NCBI GenBank assembly: GCA_032128115.1
Contig: JAQBHB010000033.1
Location: 1 to 55,230 of the forward strand
DNA length: 55,230 nt
Direction of reading: 5' to 3'
Source: Deltaproteobacteria bacterium
Lineage (GTDB): Bacteria; Myxococcota_A; UBA9160; SMWR01
In this document: one piece after another, positions 1-10,394 of the stretch
Layout of the letters: each line of letters begins with the position of its first letter
How positions within the stretch are numbered: the stretch's first letter is position 1
Translations under genes and position numbers: made by a program
Notes under the pieces: model-generated
Told to the model about the DNA's origin: nothing
Seen by the model: only the letters and a program-made list of their open reading frames with translations
The model's database searches: none

Positions 1-137
1 AGGCGTCGATCCGAAACCACCGGCTCGACGAGCAAACGGCCCAGGGCGTCGAGGCTGGCCAACGTTTCGGCGCCCAGGGGCCGCGTCGCGTCCAGAATGG
101 CCTCGAGAGCCTCGGCGGGGGTGAGTCCGGTTCGCAC
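1..137 (-). CDS. moeA: Molybdopterin molybdotransferase MoeA, N-terminal fragment (runs off window)
   Basis: Manual translation from GTG at 137: MRTGLTPAEALEAILDATRPLGAETLASLDALGRLLVEPVVSDRR, resembling the MoeA N-terminus (..A.GR.L.E.V.S.R.LP). Confidence 0.7.
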   Translation of the reverse strand, partial: MRTGLTPAEALEAILDATRPLGAETLASLDALGRLLVEPVVSDRR

Positions 138-217
138 GGGGCCACCTTACCGGAGCCTAACCGTGCGCGGGTAGAGGAGAATCCGTCGCTCGACGGGATC
201 CCGGCCACTCGCTAACC

Positions 218-234
218 TGCCCAAAAATTAGGCA
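218..234. promoter_or_regulatory. Putative NtrC/Fis-type binding site
   Basis: 17-bp TGCCC-AAAAATT-AGGCA (TGC-N11-GCA with AT-rich core) upstream of dusB-ntrB-ntrC. Confidence 0.55.
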
Positions 235-270
235 TCCGATCTCCGGATCCCGAAACCCCACCACCCCGGC

Positions 271-1308
271 ATGCCCATGGACGCACCGACCTTCCCGGAT
301 GCTGTGGAAGCAGCGGACGCCGCCATCCACCCGATCCGCCTTCGCCAGCTCACGCTGGAGAACAACCTGGTGCTGGCGCCCATGGCCGGTGTGTCGAACC
401 TGGCCTTCCGGCTGATCTCCCGCGAGGCCGGCGCCGCCCTCACGTTCACCGAAACGGTGAGCGCCAAGGGACTCGTGATGGGGGGCCGCAAGACCCGTCG
501 CCTGCTGGACACCTCACCCCGGGAGGCGCCGGTGGCGTTCCAGCTGTTCGGCTCCGACCCGGAGATCCTGGGCGAGGCCTGCCGGCGGCTGGAAGGCGAC
601 GGAGCCGCCTGGATCGATCTCAACTGCGGCTGCCCGGTCAAGAAGTTCATCCGGAACCAGGCGGGCTCGGCCCTGATGTGCGACCCGGGCCGGGCCGGGA
701 AGATCGTGGCGGCCATGCGCCGCCACTTCACCGGAACGCTCTCGGTCAAGATGCGCACCGGCTGGGACGCGGACTCCATCAACGCGCCCGAGTTCGCCCG
801 CATCGCGGTGGCAGAGGGCGCCGAAATGTTGTCGGTGCACGGGCGCACCCGCGCCCAGCAGTACACCGGACGCGCCGACCGCCAGGTCATCGCCCGGGTG
901 GTGGCTGCGGTTCCGGGGGTGCCGGTGCTGGCCAACGGCGACATCACGAAGCCGCATCACGTCTTCGAGATGCTTCGCGACACGGGAGCCGCCGGGGCGA
1001 TGATCGGACGCGGCGCCATGGGCAACCCCTGGATCTTCGAACAGACCCTGTCGTTGGCGCGCCACGGATCCCTGCGTCGCCCTACCCGAGACGAACGATT
1101 CGCCACCATCGAGCGTCACATCTCGCTGCTGGAGCGTTCGTTCGACGACCGCAGCGCCTTCGCCGCCAACCTGAAGAAGTACGTAGCGGCGTACTCGAAG
1201 GGTCTTCCCGGCAGCTCCGACTTCCGCCGCCAGGCCCTGGAGGCAAGCGACGCAGACCACATCCTGCGCATCACGCGTTCGTTCTTCGCGACCGCAAGGG
1301 CGGCCTAG
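271..1308 (+). CDS. dusB: tRNA-dihydrouridine synthase DusB (NifR3 family)
   Basis: LAPMAG, IDLNCGCP, VHGRTR, ANGDI and MIGRGA motifs; start may be 277. Confidence 0.92.
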   Translation: MPMDAPTFPDAVEAADAAIHPIRLRQLTLENNLVLAPMAGVSNLAFRLISREAGAALTFTETVSAKGLVMGGRKTRRLLDTSPREAPVAFQLFGSDPEILGEACRRLEGDGAAWIDLNCGCPVKKFIRNQAGSALMCDPGRAGKIVAAMRRHFTGTLSVKMRTGWDADSINAPEFARIAVAEGAEMLSVHGRTRAQQYTGRADRQVIARVVAAVPGVPVLANGDITKPHHVFEMLRDTGAAGAMIGRGAMGNPWIFEQTLSLARHGSLRRPTRDERFATIERHISLLERSFDDRSAFAANLKKYVAAYSKGLPGSSDFRRQALEASDADHILRITRSFFATARAA

Positions 1309-1310
1309 GC

Positions 1311-2386
1311 GTGGCGCGCGATCTTTCGGGCGTGCTCGACGCGGTTCTGGCCGGGATCGTCGTGTTGGACGAGTCCGGACACGTGGAGCTGGTGAACGCT
1401 GCCGCCTGCCGCATGCTGGAGACGTCGGCCCAGGCCGCCATCGGGCGGTCGTTGGACGCGCTGCTGGGCAGCGATCACTCCATCGCGAAGCTCGCCCAGA
1501 GCGTGTCGGATAGCGGGCGCACCACACTCGACTCCGAGACGAAGGTGGAGCGACGCTTCGCAGAAGACCTGGTGGTGGACGTGGCAGCGTCGCCCCTGGT
1601 CGAGGACGGGAGCAGCGGCCCTGGCGTGGTCCTGTTCCTGCGCGATCGCACCGTCCAGAATCGGCTGGTGGATCTGGTCGCCGACCGGGATCGACTCGGC
1701 ACCCTGGGTCAGATCGCAGCCGGGATCGCCCACGAGGTCAAGAATCCGTTGGGCGGCATCCGGGGAGCCGGCGAGATCCTGGCGTCCCGAGCCAGCAGCG
1801 GCGTGGATCGCGACGCGGCGGAGCTGATCGTGCGCGAATCCATCCGCATCGCCACTCTGGTAGACGACCTCATGGTCTTCGCCCGAAGCGATGAGCTGCG
1901 CGTGGGCGAGGTCAACATCCACAGGATCCTGGACGACGTACTCGACCTGCTGGCCATGGATCCGGTGGCGGGCGAGGTGAAGGTGGAGCGGGTCTTCGAC
2001 CCGTCGATTCCCGAGATCGAGGCCGACGCCAGCCGACTGACGCAGGTGTTCCTGAACCTGGCCCGCAACGCGCTCGAGGCCATGAAGGATCGCCCGGGCA
2101 CACTCACCATCGAAACCCGCATGTCCCTGGCCCACCGCATCTCGGCCTCGGCGAGATCGCCGGGGCCAACGCTCGAGGTCACCCTTCGCGACACCGGGCC
2201 GGGCATGGAGCCCGCGGTGATGGCACAGCTGGGTACGCCCTTCTTCACCACGCGCGGGGCGGGAACCGGGCTGGGTCTGGCGGTGGCCCAGCACTGGGTG
2301 ATGCAACACGGGGGAAGCCTGACCACCGAGAGCACGCCCGGCCAGGGCACGTCGGTGCATGTGGCGCTTCCCCTTCGGAGGTCAGC

Positions 2387-2390
<4 letters not shown>
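1311..2390 (+). CDS. ntrB: PAS-domain sensor histidine kinase, NtrB-like
   Basis: GTG at 1311; PAS region, H-box AHEVKNPLGGIRG, N-box NLARNA, DTGPG, PFFTT and GTGLGL. Confidence 0.85.
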
Positions 2391-3813
<1,423 letters not shown>

Positions 3814-3817
<4 letters not shown>

Positions 3818-4476
3818 GCCCGACCTCCGCGGAAGCCGACCCGGCGGCAGTGTGCGGCCTGCACGTGCTTGCCGACGACGCACCCGGATGGCCGCGAGGC
3901 CCCGTGGCCCAGGCGCGCGCGGCCTGCCAGGGCGGAGCCGCGGTGGTGCAGCTTCGCGCGAAATCGGCCGGCGATCGCGAAGCCCTGGCGTGGGCGCACG
4001 AGATCCGAGCGATCACCCGCGAGGCGGGCGCTCTCTTCTTCGTGAACGACCGCTTCGATCTGGCGCTGGCCGCCGGGGCCGACGGCGTGCACCTGGGTCA
4101 GACCGACCTGCCACCCGAGCGGCTTCCCGAATCCGCCCGGGCGCGCCTGCGGGTCGGGCGTTCGACCCACACTCCCGACGAGTTCCAACGCGCGCTCGCG
4201 GAGCCCGTCGACTACATCGCCTTCGGCCCGATCTTCGGCACCACCTCCAAGCCCTCGCCGCACGCAGCGCCGGGAACCTCCCAGCTGACCCAGATGGTGC
4301 GTGCCGCCGGGGGCCGACCCGTGGTGGCCATCGGCGGCATCGACGTCCACAACGCGCGCTCGGTGATGGCAGCGGGCGCCGCGGGCATCGCCGTGATCTC
4401 GGCAGTGGCCGGCGCCAGCGATCCCGTGGCCGCCACCCGCGCGCTGGTAGCGCGATTGCGGAGCGCCACGCCGTGA
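3814..4476 (+). CDS. thiE: Thiamine-phosphate synthase
   Basis: VQLRAK, VNDRFDLA, GVHLGQTD, STH, FGTTSK and AIGGI motifs; TTG start overlaps ntrC stop (TTGA). Confidence 0.88.
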
Positions 4477-5705
4477 GCGACCTGGGCCCTCGGGCGGTTT
4501 CGCTGCTGGGTTTCGGCGCGATGATCGGCATCGCCTGGGCCTTCTCCAGCGATCGCCGGCGCGTGCCCTGGCGCACCGTGGCGTGGGGCTGCGGGCTCCA
4601 ACTCGCGCTGGGCGTGCTGCTGCTCAAGACGCCCCTCGGCAGCTTCTTCTTCGACGCCATGAACGCCGTGGTGTCTTCGCTCATGGAGTACACCCAGGCT
4701 GGCGTCGACTTCGTGTTCGGTTCCCTGGTATCGACGGGCTTCTCCATCGTCGTGAACGTGCTTCCCATCATCGTGTTCATGGGCTCGCTGTTCGCGGTGC
4801 TCTACCACCTGGGCCTGATGCAACGCCTGGTGGACATCCTGGCCGCGGGCCTGTCGCGCAGCCTGGGCATCTCGGGCGCCGAGAGCCTGGCCGCGGTCGC
4901 GAACCTGTTCGTGGGCATGACCGAGTCGGCGCTGGTGGTGAAGCCGTATCTTGCGCGCATGACCCGTTCGGAACTCTTCGTGCTCATGACCCTCGGCATG
5001 GCCACTGTCGCGGGCTCGGTCCTGGTGGCATACGTGTCGATGCTGGGAGAGGGCGCCTACGCGGGCCACCTGGTAACGGCGAGCCTGCTGTCGGCGCCCG
5101 CCGGCATCCTGCTGGCCAAGGTGATGATTCCCGAGACCGAAACCCCAGTGACGGCAACGCGCCGCCACACTGCGGTGGAGCGCACCGCCATCAATGCGAT
5201 CGACGCGGCCGCCCAGGGTGCCCTCGCGGGCCTGCGGCTCGCCGGCTATGTGGGCGCGCTACTGCTTGCCTTCGTGGCCCTGATCGCGTTGCTGAACGAT
5301 CTGCTTGGAGGTCTGGGGGGGTTCGTCGGCTTTCCCGACCTCACACTCCAGGGCCTGCTGGGTGGGTTGCTGGCGCCGCTCGCGTGGCTGATGGGGGTTC
5401 CCTGGCAAGACGCCCAGCAGGTGGGCGCGCTCCTGGGGGTGAAGACCATCCTCAACGAGTTCATTGCGTATCAGGAGCTGGCCCGCGCCATCGAGTCCGG
5501 CTCGCTCGCGCCGCGCTCGGCGGTGATCGCGTCCTACGCGCTCTGCGGCTTCGCCAACTTCGGCTCGCTGGCCATCCTGCTGGGAGGCATCGGCGGCCTG
5601 GCCCCCTCCCGCCGCGCCGAGGTGGCCCAGCTCGGTCTCCGCTCCATCCTCTCGGGCTCGCTGGCCACCTTCATGACCGCATGCGTCGCCGGAATGCTGC
5701 TCTAG
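4473..5705 (+). CDS. Concentrative nucleoside transporter (CNT/NupC family)
   Basis: Hydrophobic; GAESL..N.FVG.TES, ATVAGSV, NEFIAY and YALCGFANFGS motifs; GTG at 4473. Confidence 0.9.
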   Translation: MSDLGPRAVSLLGFGAMIGIAWAFSSDRRRVPWRTVAWGCGLQLALGVLLLKTPLGSFFFDAMNAVVSSLMEYTQAGVDFVFGSLVSTGFSIVVNVLPIIVFMGSLFAVLYHLGLMQRLVDILAAGLSRSLGISGAESLAAVANLFVGMTESALVVKPYLARMTRSELFVLMTLGMATVAGSVLVAYVSMLGEGAYAGHLVTASLLSAPAGILLAKVMIPETETPVTATRRHTAVERTAINAIDAAAQGALAGLRLAGYVGALLLAFVALIALLNDLLGGLGGFVGFPDLTLQGLLGGLLAPLAWLMGVPWQDAQQVGALLGVKTILNEFIAYQELARAIESGSLAPRSAVIASYALCGFANFGSLAILLGGIGGLAPSRRAEVAQLGLRSILSGSLATFMTACVAGMLL

Positions 5706-5713
5706 GCAGCCGT

Positions 5714-6103
5714 TCAGGACCAGAACTCGTCGATCTCGTACTGATCGCGCGGGATCGCCCAGACTTCCGCGATGCGTCCCCCGTCCAATCGGAACAGCAG
5801 GATGAACTCGGTGTCGAGCACCTTCTGGTTGCGGCGGCCCTCGATGTGGAACAACACCGCCACCTGGCTCTTGCTCACCAGGATCTCGTCCAGATGCGAA
5901 TCGAAGCGATCCGCCGCCTCGCCGATGGCGGCCAGGTAGTCGAAGACCGCCGCCTGTCCCCGATAGTCTCCCGAGCGCGAGCCGCGCCCGGATGCGTGCC
6001 AGACCACGTCCAGGTGGCACAGCTGGGAGAGCGTCTCTACGTCGCCCGCCGATGCGGCCGCCCAGGCGGCGCGGGCCAGCTTGGCATTGGAGTCGTCGTT
6101 CAT
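5714..6103 (-). CDS. NTF2/SnoaL-like family protein
   Basis: ATG at 6103; GD.ETL..L..DVVW..G..SG.Y.G and FRL.GGRIAEVW..DQY..DEFW pattern. Confidence 0.8.
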   Translation of the reverse strand: MNDDSNAKLARAAWAAASAGDVETLSQLCHLDVVWHASGRGSRSGDYRGQAAVFDYLAAIGEAADRFDSHLDEILVSKSQVAVLFHIEGRRNQKVLDTEFILLFRLDGGRIAEVWAIPRDQYEIDEFWS

Positions 6104-6216
6104 CGAGGCCTCCGAGGCGCCGTCGAAGTGGGGCGCCCGTGCGCGCGCGGCCCGATTATGAAGCATTCCGGTGTGTCGAAGGCAAGAGTCTTGGGGCCTC
6201 CGACGGGGGGGGCCAT

Positions 6217-6375
6217 TCACTCGGGCGCCGGGGCCCCCTGGCGCTCCCGGGCAGCCCGGTCCTGCCGGTCCTGCCGGTCCTGCTGGATCAGGGCGTGCCG
6301 CTGCAGCTGCACCCGCAGCCCGTAGGCCGCGAGCGACCCGATGACGATCACATAGGCCGCGATCACGTAACCCAT
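6217..6375 (-). CDS. 52-aa CcmD-like single-pass membrane micro-protein
   Basis: GGGAGG RBS then MGYVIAAYVIVIGSLAAYGLRVQLQRHALIQQDRQDRQDRAARERQGAPAPE; below the ORF-track cutoff. Confidence 0.65.
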   Translation of the reverse strand: MGYVIAAYVIVIGSLAAYGLRVQLQRHALIQQDRQDRQDRAARERQGAPAPE

Positions 6376-6481
6376 GGAGCCTCCCGGGAGGCAGTGTCGG
6401 GAGCCATTGGCCCGGGCGCAAGCGGGGCCCGGGATCTACCCTTCGCGGCTCCGCAGTGCCGCACCGGCGGCAGGGGAGCTG

Positions 6482-6667
6482 GTGACCGCACCTCTCTGGC
6501 AGCCATCCGCCGAGCGAATCCGTCGATCCCACCTCACGAGCTTCCTGCGCGCGCTGACGGAAGACCACGGCAGCGTGATCCACGGCGAGCCGGTCGACAA
6601 CCGCGAGGCCCTGGCGAACCCCGAGGCCCTGGACTGGTTCGCCTCGCTGGAAGACCTGCAGAGCTGA
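6482..6667 (+). pseudogene. Acetoacetate-CoA ligase relic (N- and C-termini fused, core missing)
   Basis: RBS GGGGAG + GTG; N-terminal PLWQPSAERIRRSHLTSF joined to C-terminal VIHGEPVDNREALANPEALDWF..L.DLQS*. Confidence 0.75.
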
Positions 6668-6671
6668 TCTC

Positions 6672-8447
6672 TTGGCAGGCCCCCGATCCTTCTGGCTGCT
6701 GGTGCTACTGGGTTCGCTGCTGATCACCGCCGTCTGCTACGGCCCGGTGGTCGGCTTCGGACTGACCGACAAAGACACGCTCATGCACATCACCGAGGCC
6801 CGGGTGCAGGGCCCCGGAGATCTCCTGGCACTCCTGTCCAAGGAGCTCACGGGGGGACGCGCCCCCTTGGACGCCAATTTCTACCGGCCGACTGTGATGC
6901 TGACCTACGCGGCGTTGCGCGGCCTGTTCGGCTGGAGCGCGCCCGGCTATCACGTGTTCGACCTGTCCCTGCACGCATTGAACGGCTGGCTGCTGGCCCT
7001 GCTCGCCGCCACCTGCGCGGTGCGCGCCGGGCTCCCCGCACCGCGGCGCTTTGGCGCGATCTGCGGTGCCCTCTTCCTGCTTCACCCGGTGGGGGTCGAG
7101 GTGGTCCCGGCCATCGCGCGCAACGGCGACCTGTTGCTCACGGCCGGTCTGTTGTCGTCGCTGCTGGCCTTCGACCGCGTTCTCGAATGGCGTGCGCACG
7201 CGGGTCGCGTCGCGACGCCCGGCGGCATGGCGCGTTTCGGCGCCTTCGCCCTGCTCTTCACGCTGACGCTCGGCGCCAAGGAGCCGGGGATCGTGGGACT
7301 GGGTGCGCCACTCCTGTACGCCGTGTGCGTGCGCCGGGAAGCGAGCGTCGCGCGACGCGGTGCGCGGGCGCTTCTGGCGCTGCTGCCCTGCGCATTGATC
7401 GCGTTGGTGTACCTGGCCGTTCGCGCCCGCGTGCTCGGCGAAGCCCTGGGGGGCTACCACCTGGACCACTCCCCCTGGCTCATGGGGCTCTCGGTGGCAA
7501 ACGGCATGGCCCTGGATCTCACGATTCCCGGCCTCACCCATGCGCTGCCCGGCCCGCTTTCCGGGCTGCGCCTGGCGTTCGCCATGGCCGTGGCAATCCT
7601 CGGCGCCATGGTCCTGGCGAGTCGCCGCGGCTCCCCCATCGGGCGCCTGCTCGCGTTCGCGAGCGGGTTGTGTCTCGCGTTCGCGGCGCTCTTCGTCGCC
7701 ACCGGGGTGTACGACCGGCGATTGCTGTATGCAGTGACGGCCTTCTGGAGCTTCGTTCCCGCGCTCGCCCTCCATTCCGTGATCGGCGTCGCCGCCGCGA
7801 CGCCGAGGCGGCCGTTGGGGTTGCGAGCGGCATTCGGGCTTGCGGTCGCCGTCGGCGCCGCGGTCTTCCTGTGGCAGTCGCCCCTGGTGCACCGCTACGA
7901 CGAGTGGCGCAACTCCGGACAGGCGGCCCACGCTCTCACCGAAGGGATCCGCGCCGTGTGGTCGCGGGTGCCTCCGGGATCGACGGTGATGGTGCTCAAC
8001 ATGCCCAGCAGCTTCGCCCTCGATCCCATGCGCCAGGTTACGGGTGCGGACATTTCGTCCAGCAACGCGCTGGCTCCCAATGGAGTGATGGCGTGGCTCG
8101 ACGATCAGTTTCCGGGCAACGACATCGTGGTGCGCGCCATGGGCTACCACGTGTACCGCGAGCCCATGGCGGAGTTTCGCCACGGGAGCGTCATCGTCAA
8201 CGGCTGGCTCTTGTACCGGGTGCCCGAAGGCGAGAATGATCTCGACGAGGCGCTCGCGACGCGCTTCTCCCAGTTCATGAAGGTGAAATTCAACAAGCAC
8301 CTCAACCGGCTGGCCTGGCGCAGCCGTCCCGTCCGCGACGACGTCTACATCCTGGTGGTGGACGGAACCCGGCCCGTCCTCTTCCGCGCCAGCCAGCTGG
8401 ATGGCACGCCTTCGCCGGATCACCACCCGGAGGACGGCGCTTCCTAG
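6672..8447 (+). CDS. Polytopic membrane glycosyltransferase (GT-C/TMTC-like)
   Basis: FYRP, LF.LHP...E.V and L.AKE motifs; many TM segments. Confidence 0.65.
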   Translation: MAGPRSFWLLVLLGSLLITAVCYGPVVGFGLTDKDTLMHITEARVQGPGDLLALLSKELTGGRAPLDANFYRPTVMLTYAALRGLFGWSAPGYHVFDLSLHALNGWLLALLAATCAVRAGLPAPRRFGAICGALFLLHPVGVEVVPAIARNGDLLLTAGLLSSLLAFDRVLEWRAHAGRVATPGGMARFGAFALLFTLTLGAKEPGIVGLGAPLLYAVCVRREASVARRGARALLALLPCALIALVYLAVRARVLGEALGGYHLDHSPWLMGLSVANGMALDLTIPGLTHALPGPLSGLRLAFAMAVAILGAMVLASRRGSPIGRLLAFASGLCLAFAALFVATGVYDRRLLYAVTAFWSFVPALALHSVIGVAAATPRRPLGLRAAFGLAVAVGAAVFLWQSPLVHRYDEWRNSGQAAHALTEGIRAVWSRVPPGSTVMVLNMPSSFALDPMRQVTGADISSSNALAPNGVMAWLDDQFPGNDIVVRAMGYHVYREPMAEFRHGSVIVNGWLLYRVPEGENDLDEALATRFSQFMKVKFNKHLNRLAWRSRPVRDDVYILVVDGTRPVLFRASQLDGTPSPDHHPEDGAS

Positions 8448-10348
8448 GCGTCGCGGCGCGGGTAGCCGGCCTCCAGGAGGCTCGCGGTGATCTCGATCAG
8501 GCTGGCGGGATCATCGATGGTGGCCGGGGTCCGATAGTTCTCGCCATCGGCGATCTTGCGCATGGTGCCGCGCAGGATCTTGCCCGATCGCGTCTTGGGC
8601 AGCCGCGTCACGATGCACACCTGCTTGAGGGACGCGACCGGCCCGATCTGGTCACGCACCTGCGCCACCAGCTCGCCCTCGATCTCGGAAGCCGCACGCT
8701 CGACTCCCGCATTGATCACCACGAATCCCAGGGGCACCTGGCCCTTGAGATCGTCCTTCGCGCCGATCACCGCGCACTCGGCCACGTCCGGGTGCGACGC
8801 CAGCACCTCTTCGAGGGCACCGGTGGAGAGTCGGTGACCCGCCACGTTCACGATGTCGTCGGTGCGCCCCATCACCCAGACGTAGTCGTCCTCGTCCACG
8901 TGCCCGGCATCGGAGGTCTGGTAGTAACCGGGAAAACGCGCGAGGTACGTCTTCTCGAAACCCTCGTCGTTCTGGTAGAGGGTCTTCAGGCAGCCCGGCG
9001 GGAGCGGGAGCTTGATCACCAGGTGGCCCGTTTCCCCGACCGGAAGCTCCACGCCGTCGTCGTCGAGCACGCGCACGTCGTATCCGGGTACGGCCCGGGT
9101 CGGCGACCCGGGCTTCACGGGCAGGGGGCCGAGCCCCATGCAGTTGGCGGCCACCGGCCAGCCGGTTTCGGTCTGCCACCAGTGGTCGATCACCGGAATG
9201 TCCAGGGCCCGCTCCGCCCACGCCAGCGTGTCCGGGTCGGCGCGCTCGCCGGCGAGAAACAGGGTCCGAAGCGCCGAGAGATCGTGGTTCTTGCACAGCG
9301 CCCCACCCGGGTCTTCGCGCTTGATGGCCCGGAGCGCCGTGGGCGCCGTGAACAAGGTGTTCACCCGGTGCTCTTCACACACCCGCCAGAAGGCGCTCGC
9401 GTCCGGGGTGCCCACCGGTTTGCCCTCGTAGAGCACCGTGGTGCACCCGGAAAGCAGCGGCGCATAGACGATGTAGGAGTGACCCACGACCCATCCGATG
9501 TCCGAGGCGGCCCAGAAGACGTCGCCGGGCCGGGTGTCGTAGATGTTGGGGAGGCTCCACTTGAGCGCCACCGCGTGGCCTCCATTGTCTCGCACCACTC
9601 CCTTGGGCATCCCGGTGGTGCCCGAGGTGTACAGGATGTAGAGGGGCTCGCGGGCTCCCACCGGAACGCAGGCCACCGGAACGCCCGACGCCTCGAGCTC
9701 CTCCCAGTCGTGGTCGCGCCCCGGCACGAGCTCGGCCTTGCACTGGGGCCGCTGCAGCACCACGCAGTGCGCGGGCTTGGCACTCACCATCTCGATGGCC
9801 CGGTCGAGCAGGGGCTTGTACGCCACCACGCGTCCCGGCTCGATGCCACAGGACGCCGTCAGCACCACCCTGGGCGCCGCGTGCTGGATGCGCTGGGCCA
9901 GCTCGTTCGATGCGAAGCCGCCAAATACCACACAGTGCACGGCGCCCAGGCGGGCCGTGGCCAGCATGGCGATCACGGCTTCGGGAATCATGGGCATGTA
10001 GATCAGGACGCGATCGCCCTTCTCTACACCCAGCGATGCCAGGACTCCGGCGAAGCAGGCCACACGGTCGCGAAGCTCTACATAGCGCAAGGTCGTCTGG
10101 GTTCCCGTGACGGGGCTGTCGTAGATCAGCGCCGCCTGCTCGCCGCGGCCCGCCAGCACGTGCAGATCGAGCGCGTTGTAACAGGTGTTGAGCATGGCTC
10201 CGGGGAACCACACCGTCTTCGCTGGATTGGAATCGTCGAGAATGGCGCGCGAGCGGCGCAGCCACTCGATCTGGTCCGCAGCCTTCGCCCAGAAGGCGCG
10301 GGGATTCGAAAGCGACTCTGCGTACGCCTTGTCCAGGGCGGTTGTCAC
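8444..10348 (-). CDS. prpE: Propionyl-CoA synthetase
   Basis: YTSGTTGMPKG..RDNGGH, DHWWQTETGW, GRTDD..NVAGHRLSTG and LPKTRSGKILR. Confidence 0.88.
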   Translation of the reverse strand: MTTALDKAYAESLSNPRAFWAKAADQIEWLRRSRAILDDSNPAKTVWFPGAMLNTCYNALDLHVLAGRGEQAALIYDSPVTGTQTTLRYVELRDRVACFAGVLASLGVEKGDRVLIYMPMIPEAVIAMLATARLGAVHCVVFGGFASNELAQRIQHAAPRVVLTASCGIEPGRVVAYKPLLDRAIEMVSAKPAHCVVLQRPQCKAELVPGRDHDWEELEASGVPVACVPVGAREPLYILYTSGTTGMPKGVVRDNGGHAVALKWSLPNIYDTRPGDVFWAASDIGWVVGHSYIVYAPLLSGCTTVLYEGKPVGTPDASAFWRVCEEHRVNTLFTAPTALRAIKREDPGGALCKNHDLSALRTLFLAGERADPDTLAWAERALDIPVIDHWWQTETGWPVAANCMGLGPLPVKPGSPTRAVPGYDVRVLDDDGVELPVGETGHLVIKLPLPPGCLKTLYQNDEGFEKTYLARFPGYYQTSDAGHVDEDDYVWVMGRTDDIVNVAGHRLSTGALEEVLASHPDVAECAVIGAKDDLKGQVPLGFVVINAGVERAASEIEGELVAQVRDQIGPVASLKQVCIVTRLPKTRSGKILRGTMRKIADGENYRTPATIDDPASLIEITASLLEAGYPRRDA

Positions 10349-10394
10349 GGCGCCGCCACTATACGCACCGACCCCCCGGCCACCAAGCGTCGCT

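Noticed and set aside
144..149. TAAGGT 6 nt before moeA as another leaderless -10
   Set aside because: Ambiguous: TAAGGTGG also reads as a Shine-Dalgarno sequence.
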